DNA of 64,000 nt from an uncultured delta proteobacterium (GCA_963760795.1 CAVXEP010000029.1:1-64000), one strand, 5' to 3'; shown: positions 20,309 through 33,507, numbered from the stretch's first letter. Numbers and translations are program-made. Notes: a model not told the origin generated them from the letters alone.

Positions 20309-20381
20309 GACGGAAGATCCATCGGGTTATCGTCAACTTTCAACGCCTAATATTCTTGCAACAAAACGGGGAGGTTCGGTT

Positions 20382-21773
20382 GTGAAGCAGCCAAATAAAC
20401 GTCGCTCATCATTATTTTTCCTACCAGTTCTGCTGGCATTGTTGTTGGGAACTTCGACGCAAGCTCAAGAGACTCCGCCTGCGCCCGGGCCGGCAGTAAG
20501 CGCGCCGGCTCCAACTGCCGCTCCGACACCAAGCGCACCGGCGCCAGCGCCGAAAGTCGACAAGGGCGACAACGCCTGGATGCTGACATGTGCCGCCCTG
20601 GTTTTGATGATGACGATCCCCGGCCTATTTCTTTTTTACGGCGGGCTCGTGCGCAGCAAAAATGTTCTCGGCACGATCATGCATAGTTTCATCTTGGTCG
20701 GAGTGGTGACGATCCAATGGATACTATGGGGTTATTCAGTCGCTTTCGGCCCTGACGTTGGCGGCCTATACGGTTCTCTCGCCTGGGTCGGATTGAACGG
20801 GGTCGGGGTCGAGCCCAACGCGGACTATGCCGCCACCATCCCCCATATGACTTTCATGGTTTACCAGATGATGTTCGCCATTATCACCCCGGCGTTGATC
20901 ACCGGCGCCTTCGCCGAACGCGCTAAATTCAGCACTTTCCTGGTCTTCATGATTTTGTGGACGACTATTGTATACGATCCCCTGGCCCATTGGGTTTGGG
21001 GCGTCAAAGGCTGGATGCGTGAGATGGGCGCGCTGGATTTTGCCGGCGGCACGGTGGTGCATATTAGCTCGGGGGCATCGGCCTTGGTGGCAGCGATCAT
21101 GTTCGGGCGCCGCATCGGCTACGGCCAGGAGGCGATGCCGCCACATAATCTGCCATACAGCGTCATCGGAGCCGGACTTCTCTGGGTCGGCTGGTTTGGA
21201 TTTAATGCCGGCAGCGCGCTGGCCGCCGATGGTTTGGCGACATCCGCTTTTGTCGCGACCCATGTCGCCGCCGCCGCCGCTGCTCTGGCCTGGCTGGTGA
21301 TGGACTGGTTGCGCGGCAAACCGACCATGCTCGGCGCCGCTAGCGGTGCGGTCGCGGGATTGGTCGCAATCACACCAGCGGCAGGGTTCGTTAGCCCGCT
21401 GTCGGCGCTGGTGATTGGCGTCGGCGGCGGTGTGTTGTGCTCCATTGCTTGCAGCCTAAAACCAAAATTTGGTTACGACGATTCCCTCGATGTCGTTGGC
21501 GTGCATGGCGTCGGCGGCACCTGGGGCGCACTAGCGACCGGCCTATTCGCTTCTAAAGCGGTCAACGCCGCAGGCAATGACGGCTTTTTTTACGGCAACC
21601 CCGGCCAACTTTGGACGCAGTTCGTCACTGTCGTGGTAACCATCGTATTCGCCATGGTTGTTACAGCGATTATTCTAGCGATTCTAAAAGCGACCATGGG
21701 CCTGCGCGTCGCCGACGATGAAGAGCGCATGGGATTGGATTTGACTCAGCATAATGAGCGCGCTTACGAATAA
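20382..21773 (+). CDS. amtB: Ammonium transporter
   Basis: FYGGLVRSKN, YQMMFAIITPALITGAFAER, LDFAGGTVVH, WFGFNAGS, DDSLDVVGVHG; GGAGG before GTG 20382. Confidence 0.97.
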   Translation: MKQPNKRRSSLFFLPVLLALLLGTSTQAQETPPAPGPAVSAPAPTAAPTPSAPAPAPKVDKGDNAWMLTCAALVLMMTIPGLFLFYGGLVRSKNVLGTIMHSFILVGVVTIQWILWGYSVAFGPDVGGLYGSLAWVGLNGVGVEPNADYAATIPHMTFMVYQMMFAIITPALITGAFAERAKFSTFLVFMILWTTIVYDPLAHWVWGVKGWMREMGALDFAGGTVVHISSGASALVAAIMFGRRIGYGQEAMPPHNLPYSVIGAGLLWVGWFGFNAGSALAADGLATSAFVATHVAAAAAALAWLVMDWLRGKPTMLGAASGAVAGLVAITPAAGFVSPLSALVIGVGGGVLCSIACSLKPKFGYDDSLDVVGVHGVGGTWGALATGLFASKAVNAAGNDGFFYGNPGQLWTQFVTVVVTIVFAMVVTAIILAILKATMGLRVADDEERMGLDLTQHNERAYE

Positions 21774-21870
21774 ACCTGGCGCAGTGGGGCTGGTTCTCGC
21801 TGGAAGAATATGATAACTGGTGTGCGTTTTCCAAAATAAAATCTAACATTCGGATGAGAGGAGCACATAG

Positions 21871-23663
<1,793 letters not shown>

Positions 23664-23692
23664 ACCGACTAAACACGCGTTTTCATCAAGTC

Positions 23693-23743
23693 AAAAAACC
23701 TCAGCTGCGGCAAGCGAATTGCCTCCGCGCTGAGGTTTTTTTT
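23693..23743. terminator. Bidirectional intrinsic terminator
   Basis: AAAAAACCTCAGC ... GCTGAGGTTTTTTTT between convergent PII and ubiD. Confidence 0.85.
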
Positions 23744-23851
23744 CGACTATCACAGATTCGACAGGTAACGAGACAAACCTATTGGCTTTACTGTAGAGGT
23801 TTACCCGCTGCCCATTTTCCACTGCCGAAACAGATTTATCCTGACCAAGCA

Positions 23852-23879
23852 CGTCATGCCGGCATGCGCCGGCATGACG
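23852..23879. repeat. CGTC-type REP-like palindrome
   Basis: CGTCATGCCGGC-ATGC-GCCGGCATGACG, perfect 12-bp stem. Confidence 0.6.
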
Positions 23880-23915
23880 AAAAATAGCAGAGTGTTTAGT
23901 CGCGCGGCCTTACGA

Positions 23916-25508
23916 CTAGTTATCTTTTTCTTCCCCCGGTTGCTTGCCCGGCTCGAAGCCGCCGACTTCGTGGTAAACCACTTCCTTTTTCTCCTCGAAT
24001 GCTCTCACGCTGGGAACTTGTCCCGGTAAGCCGAGTTTTTTCCACTCGCCGGCGACCTTGTCGTACATCTCTTTGCGCAACGCGGTGCGCTTGGAAAACA
24101 CGGGCAGGTAGCGGTGTTCTTTACAGGCGTTGATCAACGCCTTGGAACCATAGGGACGTTTTTCCGGGGGATTCTGCGTCGGATCGAGCCAAGTCGACCA
24201 GGTGTTGCGTAAAATATCGACATCGTCGATGGGATTGCAGCGGCTGCTCATGGCCCAGATCACTTGATCCATGTCGGTGGGGTCAATATCTTCGTCGACG
24301 GCGATGATCCACTTGGTGTAATAAGCGCCGCCGGGAACCTGGGCAGCTAAAGCGAGCGCCTGGGCGGCATGGCCGGCGTAGCGCTGTTCGAGAGCGATCA
24401 CGGTCATGCCAAATCCACCGGCACCGGCAGGATGGGCGTAAACGCCTTGGATACCGGGGATGCCGAGCTTGTCGAGATCGTCCCAAATACGCGCCGAGCG
24501 GATGATCGAGAAGAAGCCGCTCTGCTCATTGGACGGATAGTCCGCCATCAAGGCGTTGGTAAGGATCGGATTATTGCGGTAATGCACTGCGGTAATCTCA
24601 ACCAAAGGGCAGCCCGCTTCGGGCCGGCCATAATAGCCCGGGAATTCGCCAAAAGGCCCTTCACTCCTTACCGAGTTTGGCTTGATGATGCCTTCGATCA
24701 TGAACTCGGCGTTGGCAGGCAATAACAAATTGGTCATCTTGCCTTTGACCACCGGAATCGGCTCACCCTTGATGCCACCCAAATACTCATATTCGGAAAC
24801 GTTCTTGGGAAATGTCTGCGAGCCTAGCACCATGAACAATGGATCGATGCCCCAGGCGGCCGCCACTTCAACCGGCTTGCCTTGCTGCCACGAGCGGGTG
24901 ATGTGCAAACGCGCGTCTTTTCCCGGGGACAGGTAGAGTCCGCACTCGTTTTTACTCTGCAGCATCATGCGATAGGTACCTACATTCAAATAACCGCTGT
25001 CGGGATCGCGGGTGATAACGCAATCCGCGGTGCCGGCGTAACGGCCGCCATCGAGAGGCCAATGGCGTGGAATCGGCAGAGCCATTAGATCGATCTTGTC
25101 GCCGGTCAGGGTATTCTGGTACATCGGCGCTTCCGCGGCGGAAACCTCGCGCGGCGCCATGCGGTTTTTCAATTTGTCTTTAGTCCGACGAATCAATTCC
25201 ACCGTGTCGGTGTCGTGGGGTTCTTCCATCGTCAAGGCGATGCGCGGAATGCTCGGGCCTAAGATATTCCACAGCGACTGCGCCTTGTATGAGCTCTTTT
25301 CATATCCCTTGATGTTATCGAACAGGATAGCCGGCGACGGCTTCTGTTTGGCGACTAGATAACCGATGGCGCTCATTTCTTCATCGCAGCTCACCGCATC
25401 TTTGACCCGGACCAAATCGCCCAACGCTTCGACGCGGCTGAGCCACTCGCGCAGGTCTTGGATCGGTTTTTTGCTGCTCTCGGTTAGTTTTTCTTCTCGT
25501 TTAGCCAT
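23916..25508 (-). CDS. UbiD family (prFMN-dependent) decarboxylase
   Basis: DLREWL, DGGRY, NVGTYR, EGPFGEFPGYY, AVDEDID, VIWAMSSR. Confidence 0.93.
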   Translation of the reverse strand: MAKREEKLTESSKKPIQDLREWLSRVEALGDLVRVKDAVSCDEEMSAIGYLVAKQKPSPAILFDNIKGYEKSSYKAQSLWNILGPSIPRIALTMEEPHDTDTVELIRRTKDKLKNRMAPREVSAAEAPMYQNTLTGDKIDLMALPIPRHWPLDGGRYAGTADCVITRDPDSGYLNVGTYRMMLQSKNECGLYLSPGKDARLHITRSWQQGKPVEVAAAWGIDPLFMVLGSQTFPKNVSEYEYLGGIKGEPIPVVKGKMTNLLLPANAEFMIEGIIKPNSVRSEGPFGEFPGYYGRPEAGCPLVEITAVHYRNNPILTNALMADYPSNEQSGFFSIIRSARIWDDLDKLGIPGIQGVYAHPAGAGGFGMTVIALEQRYAGHAAQALALAAQVPGGAYYTKWIIAVDEDIDPTDMDQVIWAMSSRCNPIDDVDILRNTWSTWLDPTQNPPEKRPYGSKALINACKEHRYLPVFSKRTALRKEMYDKVAGEWKKLGLPGQVPSVRAFEEKKEVVYHEVGGFEPGKQPGEEKDN

Positions 25509-25546
25509 CGGTAACCCTCCAAATTTTTCACTGATAAATTTGACGC

Positions 25547-26293
25547 TTACAGCCTCGCGCCCTTCGGCAACTGCGCGCGAAAATAGGCGAAGGCATCGTA
25601 GGAACGGAACATCATATTTTCTTTCATGTAATCGATCTCAGCCTGGGGCATGACTGTCGGCTTGCCGACGCAGCTGGCGATGAACTGCATATAGGCGGTG
25701 CGCTCCAGATAAATCGCGTGGACCGTAGCATATTCTAAGCTGTCACCGCATACAATAACGCCGTGCCCTTTGAGCAACATCGCCATGCGGTCTTGCAATG
25801 TCGCGCAAATCTCTTTGCCGTCGCGCATGGTGTAGATCAATCTTGGGCTGGGGAAAATCGGCGTTTCCGGCGCGAACACCGCGGCTTGGTTATAGATCGG
25901 CAGGATCGGCGTGCCGGCTACCGAGAAAGCGGTCGCGATGGTTTGATGGGTATGGACCACGGAATTGACATCCGGCCGGGCGTTGTAGATCGCCGCGTGA
26001 ATCATAGTTTCGCGCGGCGGATTCTTGATCTTGGTGACGGCGCGCTGATTACCAGCCTTGGCGTAGTTGGCCTCGCAGACTTCGAAATACTGATCGATGT
26101 CAACCTCGATGATATGCTTGGGCGCCACTTCACCGAGCGGCGCCAGCACCGGCTTGATAAAAAACTTGCGCGTGCCGGGAATGCGCGCGCTGACATGGCC
26201 GTGATAATCGGCCAGTCCTTGATGGAACATGATGCGGTTGCCGATGGCAACTTTCTTTTTTAGTTCGTCGGTATCCTTCTTGCTGATTTTCAC
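25547..26293 (-). CDS. Class II aldolase/adducin family protein
   Basis: GHVSAR, E..IHAAIYNARPDVNSVVHTH, LLKGHG. Confidence 0.9.
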   Translation of the reverse strand: MKISKKDTDELKKKVAIGNRIMFHQGLADYHGHVSARIPGTRKFFIKPVLAPLGEVAPKHIIEVDIDQYFEVCEANYAKAGNQRAVTKIKNPPRETMIHAAIYNARPDVNSVVHTHQTIATAFSVAGTPILPIYNQAAVFAPETPIFPSPRLIYTMRDGKEICATLQDRMAMLLKGHGVIVCGDSLEYATVHAIYLERTAYMQFIASCVGKPTVMPQAEIDYMKENMMFRSYDAFAYFRAQLPKGARL

Positions 26294-26328
26294 CGGTCAA
26301 TCCCCTTTCTAATCTCATAGCCTTTGAG

Positions 26329-27270
26329 CTAGTTATGCTGCCGCTTCGACAACATTCCGCTGTTTGTCTCCTCGACCCACCAGTGGATATTCAGCCAGTT
26401 CCACTGCTCCGGATAGCTGCGCACAACACGTTCAAGCCAGCGGGTAATTCTGATGGTATTCTCGCGAATCGCCGCAGCGTTCCGCTCTTCCCGCGCCAGC
26501 TCCAACTCCGGCTCGATGACCAACCGCAAACTATCGTCCGCCTGACGTACCATACAAGCCGGAACCACCGCGGCACCGGTGCGCATAGCCAAACTCACGG
26601 CGCCGCGCCGGGCAATCACCGTCTTACCAAACAGCGGCACTTCAATGCCAGAGCCCCGACGGTATTCGTCGGCAATCACGACCGCGATCTGATTGCGCCG
26701 CAGCACTTCAGTGAGCTCGCGCAACGCCCGCTGGCGCGGCCGCGCGTGAATGGTCTTCTGTCGAACCCGCAGACGATAATCATCCATCAGCTCGGCAAAA
26801 CGGCCGTCACGCGGCTGATTGACCAAGACGAAAGTCGGCAAACCTTCGAGGGCCAAGCGGCAACCGACCAGGAAAAAATTCCCTAAATGGGCGCTCAGCA
26901 GCAGCACTCCTTTACCCTTGGCAAGCGCCGCATCGAGATGCTTGCGACCGACAATCGGAATTTCCGCCTTAAGCTTGGCATCGGAAGCTACGACTGCGAC
27001 CCCGATCTCCACACAAGCGCGAAAAAAATTACGCAGCGAGCCGCGCGCGACCCCACCGATCTCACTGGAACTCAAGCCGTCGCCCAGAGCGATGCGAATA
27101 TTGGCGATCGAACGATTACGAAACCCGCGAAAAAGGCAGAACCCGATCCTGGCTAGCCCATCGGATAGGTAAAATACCACTCCAGGACATACCCGCATCC
27201 CCATGCAACCAATCTTGAAGCCGAACCAAGTGCTTAGGTATGCGAGTTTTCCCGTGAGCCGAGAGATCAT
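26329..27270 (-). CDS. Lipid A / lysophospholipid acyltransferase (LpxL-like)
   Basis: GKGVLLLSAHLGNF, LAMRTGAAVVP, VRSYPEQWNW. Confidence 0.85.
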   Translation of the reverse strand: MISRLTGKLAYLSTWFGFKIGCMGMRVCPGVVFYLSDGLARIGFCLFRGFRNRSIANIRIALGDGLSSSEIGGVARGSLRNFFRACVEIGVAVVASDAKLKAEIPIVGRKHLDAALAKGKGVLLLSAHLGNFFLVGCRLALEGLPTFVLVNQPRDGRFAELMDDYRLRVRQKTIHARPRQRALRELTEVLRRNQIAVVIADEYRRGSGIEVPLFGKTVIARRGAVSLAMRTGAAVVPACMVRQADDSLRLVIEPELELAREERNAAAIRENTIRITRWLERVVRSYPEQWNWLNIHWWVEETNSGMLSKRQHN

Positions 27271-27524
27271 CGATTATCGAGAGCCGTCGGTTCCGCACCG
27301 CTCTCCAGTGCTATAAAGTACGCCAATCTACGCTACTTTTTTGCCCGTCGCAACCGTTAAAATGATCTGTATCGGCGCCGTCGATGCACCAATCCTTGTA
27401 AGGAAACCGTCGCAATATCAATTGCTTACAGAATTTCAGCGATACCGCTCCGTAGCCAGGGTTATTTCTATTACGGACTAGGTGTGATAATAATTTTCGA
27501 CTGCTGTGAACCCGGATAATATTT

Positions 27525-27902
27525 ATGCGCATGATTTTACCTCCGATAAAGAAACGTCGGGCGATCGACCGATTACTGGCGGCCTTTTTTAGCGAATGCA
27601 AAGCCTCAGACTTTAAGAAAGCGATTAGCCTGCTGTGCCGGTTTTACCATCTGAAGCAACCGAAAATAGAATGGTTTGAGTATATCGATTGGGGCAAAAC
27701 CGCGGGGAAGACCTACGAGACCGGTCAGATCTATTTGGTTCACCCGGAGAATTGGAAGAAAGGCCGCAAATACAAGACCGCCAGGCGCTGGATCAGCCTG
27801 GTCTACCATGAGATGGGCCACTATGTTTTCTGGGCCGACGCGGAAAATAAAGCCGACATGTTTGCCACGCGCATGGTGCGCGGCCTGAACAGTCAAAAAT
27901 AA
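27525..27902 (+). CDS. Small basic hypothetical protein with HExxH motif
   Basis: 125-aa ORF with VYHEMGHY and downstream ENKADMFA. Confidence 0.7.
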   Translation: MRMILPPIKKRRAIDRLLAAFFSECKASDFKKAISLLCRFYHLKQPKIEWFEYIDWGKTAGKTYETGQIYLVHPENWKKGRKYKTARRWISLVYHEMGHYVFWADAENKADMFATRMVRGLNSQK

Positions 27903-27958
27903 CACCGAAACGACCACCGGCCAGAGTCGGGCGGTCGCTGTCGGAATCCTCCACTGCC

Positions 27959-30791
27959 ATGGACTATAAAGATACTCTAAACCTACCGAAAACCGACTTT
28001 CCCATGCGCGGCAACTTGCCGCAAAACGAACCGAAGCAGGTAGAGAAGTGGGACAACGACGGCACCTATTTCCAGATTCTTGAAGCGAATCGCGGCAAGC
28101 CCCGGTTCATTCTGCATGACGGGCCGCCCTATGCGAACGGCAACATCCACATCGGCCATGCGCTAAACAAAATCCTCAAAGACATCATCGTCAAGTACAA
28201 GGCGATGACCGGCCACTCAGCCCCTTATGTGCCCGGCTGGGACTGCCATGGTCTGCCTATCGAACTACAAGTCGAGAAGAACATCGGCAGGGCAAAAAAG
28301 TTGGCCATGAGCAAGGCCGAGATTCGCAAACTCTGCAAGGAATACGCCGAAAAGTATATCGCGATTCAACGCGACGAGTTCAAACGGCTCGGCGTCTTGG
28401 GCGACTGGGACAAGCCTTATCGCACCTTGGACCCGCAGTACGAAGCCCAGGAAGTGCGTGAACTAGGTAAGTTCGTCGCATCCGGCGCGCTCTACCGCAA
28501 GAAGAAACCCGTCTACTGGTGCGCCTCCTGTGTGACAGCGTTGGCGGAAGCGGAAGTCGAGTACGAAGACCATACCTCGACATCGGTTTACGTCAAATTC
28601 GCGGTAACCGACGGTCGCGCGAGGATGAAGGCGGACGGCAATACGTTCTTCGTCATCTGGACCACCACCCCCTGGACGCTGCCGGCCAACCAAGCGATCG
28701 CTGTCCATCCCAAGTTTACCTACCAGCTAGTGAAGACCGCGCAAGGCGCTTTAGTCATTAACCAAGAACTCATCGCCAGCGTGATGCAAGCCATCGGCCT
28801 GGAAGCCGAGGATTATGACATCGTTCCCGGTGGCTGGAGCGGCGCAGAACTCGAAGGCATCGTCTGCCGTCATCCCTGGCTCGACCGCGAGTCGAAGATC
28901 GTGCTTGGCGATTACGTCACTCAGGATCAAGGCACCGGCAGCGTCCACATCGCCCCCGGCCATGGCCAAGAAGACTATGAAGTCGGCATGCGCTACGGCC
29001 TGCCGGTCATGGCGCCGGTGGACCCGGCAGGGAAATTCACTGCGGAAGCCGGCGATTTGCAAGGCGAATCGGTGTTCAGAGCCGACCCGCGCATCGTCCA
29101 AAAATTAGTCGAGAAAAAGCGCCCTACTCAAAGAAGACAAGCTGACCCATAGCTATCCGCACTGTTGGCGCTGCAAAAAGCCGGTGATCTTTCGCGCCAC
29201 CGAGCAGTGGTTTATCTCCATGGAGACAAACGACCTGCGCAACCAGGCGCTCCACGCCATCGACGAGGTCAAATGGATTCCGCCCTGGGGCAGGGATCGG
29301 ATTCGCGGCATGCTCGAAGCGCGCCCGGACTGGTGCATCTCGCGCCAGCGCTCTTGGGGCGTGCCGATCCCGGCGGTCTACTGCAAGAAATGTAACCAAG
29401 CCGTTCTGACCCAGGCGATCTGCAATCATGTCGCGGCAATTTTCGAGAAGGAGGGATCGGATGCCTGGTTCACCCGGCCGGTCAACGAGCTCATGCCGGC
29501 CGATCTCAAGTGTCCCAACTGCGGCGGCGAGGAATTTTCCCGCGAAGAAGATATTCTCGATGTCTGGTTCGATTCGGGCGTCAGCTACGCTTCAGTGGTC
29601 GAACAAGACCCTCGTCTCGGCGGCCGCGCCGATCTTTATCTCGAAGGCAGCGATCAACATCGCGGCTGGTTTCATACCGCCCTGTTGACTTCGCTGGCGA
29701 CCCGCGACCGCGCGCCTTACGCCAGCGTGCTCACCCATGGCTTCACCTTGGACGGCAAGGGCAGAAAAATGTCCAAGTCCATGGGCAATACCATCGCGCC
29801 GCAAGACATTGCGAAAAAATTCGGCGCCGAGATTCTACGCCTGTGGGTATCCGCCGAGGACTATCGCGAAGATGTGCGCATCTCGGATGAGATTTTGAAT
29901 CGCCTGGTCGAGGCCTACCGGCGGGTGCGCAACACCGCGCGCTTTCTGATCAGCAATCTTTATGATTTCGATCCGGCGAAGGATCGCGTGCCAGCGGCCG
30001 ATCTCGATGAGCTCGACCGCTGGATCCTCCAGCGCACGGAAAACCTGCTCAGCCGCTGCCGCGACGCTTATGAGAAGTGCGAGTTCCACGTCGTCTATCA
30101 CAGCGTCAATAACTTCTGCGCTGTCGAGCTAAGCGCGCAGTATTTAGACATCGTCAAAGACCGGCTTTACTGCGAAGGGACCAATTCGTCCAAGCGGCGC
30201 GCGGCGCAGACGGCGTTGTATAGAATACTTGACGTGCTGGTGCATCTGACCGCGCCGATCCTGTCGTTTACCGCCGAAGAAATCTGGAACTACCTGCCGG
30301 ACAAAGCCGAGCGGCCGAAAAGCGTCTTTCTATCGCACCTGCCGGAAGCCGACACCAAGGTTGTCGATGCCGAGCTCAGTGATAGATGGGAGCGCATCTT
30401 CCGCGAGCGCGGCGAAGTGCTCAAGGCGTTGGAACAGGCCCGCAGCGCCGGCATCATCGGCCACTCCCTCGATGCCAAGGTGGTTTTCGCCAAACACGGC
30501 AACCAGCAGGGCGCAAAACTGAGCGAATGGGTGAACACCGACCGCGCCCGGTTGCAGGATCTGTTGATCGTATCGCAAGCCGATAACGGCGGTGAAACCG
30601 CGGCCGCCGCCAACGATATAGCGGCAAGCTACAACGCGCCACTGCTCAACTGCGCGGTCCAAGTCAGCAAAGCCGATGGCGCCAAATGCGAACGCTGCTG
30701 GAAGTACGATGTGAAAATCGGCGCCGACCACAACCATCCGACCGTCTGCCCGCGTTGCGCTGGGGTATTGAACGCCGGAGCGGCGGCTTGA
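27959..30791 (+). CDS. ileS: Isoleucyl-tRNA synthetase, +1 frameshift in A-run 29114-29118
   Basis: [30 protein letters not shown] (after shift), KMSKS, C-terminal CERCW zinc finger. Confidence 0.97.
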
Positions 30792-31300
30792 GCGGCAAGT
30801 GGAAATTCATTAGCGGCTGGCTCGCCGCCATTGTCATACTCGATCAGTTAACCAAAGGCATCGTCGACCGGACGATGGCGCTTTACCAGTCGATTGCCAT
30901 CGTCGACGGCTTGTTCAGCTTCACCTACGTGCGCAACCCCGGCGCCGCCTTCGGCATCTTCGCCGGCAACGCGGCAATCTATCGCCGGCCCTTCTTAATC
31001 TTGGTATCGATCCTTGCCAGCGGCTTTATCGTCACACTGCTGCAACGCCTTGACGGCAGAGAACGCGGCTTGATCACGGCCCTAACCTTTATCCTTGGCG
31101 GCGCCGTTGGCAATCTCATCGATCGTATGATCTACGGCGAAGTGATCGATTTCCTCGACGTCTACTGGCGCAACTATCACTGGCCGGCATTCAATGTCGC
31201 CGACAGTTTCATCACCATCGGCGTCGCCGTCGCGCTTTTCAGCCTCCACAAGCACAAGGGCGACGACCCCTTCGCCAACCCGGCGAACGCGGACAAGTAA
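30788..31300 (+). CDS. lspA: Lipoprotein signal peptidase
   Basis: LDQLTK, NPGAAFG, GAVGNLIDR, VIDF, FNVAD; TTG overlaps ileS stop. Confidence 0.95.
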   Translation: MSGKWKFISGWLAAIVILDQLTKGIVDRTMALYQSIAIVDGLFSFTYVRNPGAAFGIFAGNAAIYRRPFLILVSILASGFIVTLLQRLDGRERGLITALTFILGGAVGNLIDRMIYGEVIDFLDVYWRNYHWPAFNVADSFITIGVAVALFSLHKHKGDDPFANPANADK

Positions 31301-31312
31301 GTTGCAGGCAAC

Positions 31313-31603
31313 TCAGTTTTTTAAAATTACCACCGTCGCCCCCCAACTGCCGGCTTCGAGCGCTGCGTCGTGAAACGATTCGACGTTGGCATGCTTTTCC
31401 AACAATGCGCGAATGATATTGCGCTGCACGCCCTTCCCTTTGCCGTGGATCAAGCGCACTTCGTGAAATCCAGCCTCCTTACACTGTTCGAGATACTCTT
31501 CGACGACACTGGGAATCTCCTTCGGCTGAAACGGATGGAGATCAAGGTGATCCTCGATGGGAATGATGACTGGATCGTCGAAGGGGGGTTCTGTCTGTTT
31601 CAT
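31313..31603 (-). CDS. Smr/MutS2 C-terminal domain protein
   Basis: LDLH, LIHGKGKG, GATVV. Confidence 0.9.
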   Translation of the reverse strand: MKQTEPPFDDPVIIPIEDHLDLHPFQPKEIPSVVEEYLEQCKEAGFHEVRLIHGKGKGVQRNIIRALLEKHANVESFHDAALEAGSWGATVVILKN

Positions 31604-33507
31604 TTTATTGCGGTCTCGACTGATGGATGTGCACTCTGAGCCATGACGCCGGCTCGTCTACGTTGCCAAAAGTAGACTGCGATGTAAATTGCAATTGCCG
31701 CCGCCATGGTAAGCGGCGACGGGATAAAAGCGAGCACGGTGGCGAGCGCGAGCAGAATGAATTCAACAAGAGTCATACGAACGACAAAAAAAGCAGTGCT
31801 AAGAATTGAGAAGGCCACTGTGCCAACGGTTGCGGCAATGACCGCCAAAATATTCTGAGTAGGCGTCCCGGTAAACAGAATATGCGTGTAGGCCATTAAG
31901 ACCGGCATGACGTAAATAATTTTGGCGAAGCGAAAACAGGCCCAGCCGGTTTTCATGGGATCGGCCCCGGCGATGGCAGCGGCCGCAAAAGGTCCCAGTG
32001 CCACCGGCGGCGTGATGTTGGAATCGAGGCTAAGCCAGAGAATGATTAGATGCGCACTCAGCAATGGCACCCCAAGATCCGCCAAGACCGGAACCGCCAC
32101 GACGGCGACCATGAGATAGGTTGCGGTGATCGGCAAGGCCAAGCCGAGCACGAGGGTGGCGACCGCCAGCAGCAGCAGCGTTAACGGCAGATTTTTACCG
32201 CCGAGTTCCAAGAGTATGTAGGAGAACTTTATGCCGATGCCGGTGAGCGCCAAGACGCCGATGAGCACGCCTACCGCGCCGGTCAGCGCCGCCACGTAGA
32301 GGCTCGCTTTGCCACCGTCGACTAGCGCTTGCCAAACACGCCGCGGCCCCATGCGGGTCTCGCTGCTAGTCCAACTTAAAGCGATGGCTGACACGATGCC
32401 ATAAACCGCGGAAGTGCCGGGCGAATAGCCGGCGATCAACATGCCCATTAGGACGAAGATGGGAAGAAAGAGAAACCAGCCGCTGCGCATGACCGCGCCA
32501 AAGTGCGGCAGCTCGTCTTTAGAGAGACCGCGCAAACCGAGCTTGCGCGATTCGAAATAGACCATGACGCCCACGGCAACGTAAAAGAGGATACCAGGAA
32601 TCGCCGCGACTTTGATGATCTCAAGGTATGGGATGTTGGTCATTTCGGCCATGATGAAGGCGCCCGCACCCATGACGGGAGGCATTATCATCGCCCCTGT
32701 GGAAGCCGCTCCTTCCACTGCCGCCGCGATGTGCGGCGGAAAGCCGGCCTTCTTCATCAGCGGGATCGTTACGGTGCCCGTTGTGACGGTCTCGGCAATG
32801 GGGCTGCCGCTGACGGTGCCCATGAAGAGGCTCGAGATGACCGCCGCCTGCGCCGGTCCGCCGGTAATTCGACCGAGCGCAGCCAACGACAGATCGACAA
32901 AAAATTTCGCAACGCCTGCACCCTCCAAAAAAGCGCCAAAGACAACGAAGGGAATGATAAAGCTGGCGACAACATCCGCCATGACGCCGAAGATGCCGTC
33001 GGAAGTCAGATAGACGTATTCGATCACCCGGCGCATGGTAAAGCCGCGATGGCCGATCAGATAAGGCAGGTAGTTACCAAATAGCGCGTAGGCAATGGGC
33101 AACACCGCGCACATCGACATGCCCCACCCGAGTACACGCCGCGCCGCCTCGATGGCGACGACGGTGACGATAACGCCCATCGAGACATCGACCAGCGTGT
33201 AACCGCCGGCCCGATAGGCCATCGCTTCATGTTCGATGATCCAATAGCCGACTCCAACGATAGTGGCGACAACCAGGGCTACATCGAGGAGCGATGGTTG
33301 ATCCATGCGGTCGCGGCGCCAGCCGCGATATAAAAGCAGTGGCACCACCAGACTGTACAGCACGGCAATGCCACGAAAGTACTGAAGCGAAACGACTCCG
33401 AATGAAGAAGCCCATAGCAGAAATAGCGCGACACCACCCATCATTAGCTGAACGGCGATGTCCCAGTATCCTGTGAGAGTGCGGGCCTGGGGTATTTCTT
33501 CGGACAT
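31600..33507 (-). CDS. TRAP fused 4TM/12TM permease
   Basis: GIFG, GGPAQ, TIPLMKKAGF, IMPPVMGAGAFIMAE, ITPPVAL. Confidence 0.93.
   Translation of the reverse strand: MSEEIPQARTLTGYWDIAVQLMMGGVALFLLWASSFGVVSLQYFRGIAVLYSLVVPLLLYRGWRRDRMDQPSLLDVALVVATIVGVGYWIIEHEAMAYRAGGYTLVDVSMGVIVTVVAIEAARRVLGWGMSMCAVLPIAYALFGNYLPYLIGHRGFTMRRVIEYVYLTSDGIFGVMADVVASFIIPFVVFGAFLEGAGVAKFFVDLSLAALGRITGGPAQAAVISSLFMGTVSGSPIAETVTTGTVTIPLMKKAGFPPHIAAAVEGAASTGAMIMPPVMGAGAFIMAEMTNIPYLEIIKVAAIPGILFYVAVGVMVYFESRKLGLRGLSKDELPHFGAVMRSGWFLFLPIFVLMGMLIAGYSPGTSAVYGIVSAIALSWTSSETRMGPRRVWQALVDGGKASLYVAALTGAVGVLIGVLALTGIGIKFSYILLELGGKNLPLTLLLLAVATLVLGLALPITATYLMVAVVAVPVLADLGVPLLSAHLIILWLSLDSNITPPVALGPFAAAAIAGADPMKTGWACFRFAKIIYVMPVLMAYTHILFTGTPTQNILAVIAATVGTVAFSILSTAFFVVRMTLVEFILLALATVLAFIPSPLTMAAAIAIYIAVYFWQRRRAGVMAQSAHPSVETAIK

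Noticed and set aside
27511-27533. dif-like sequence (minus strand ATGCGCATAA-ATA-TTATCC)
   Set aside because: Spacer is 3 nt rather than 6, the XerD arm TTATGTTAAAT is absent, and the region is near parS rather than the terminus
29110-29130. Programmed frameshift in ileS
   Set aside because: A5 run without a clear slippery heptamer or stimulator, and similar indels occur across unrelated genes
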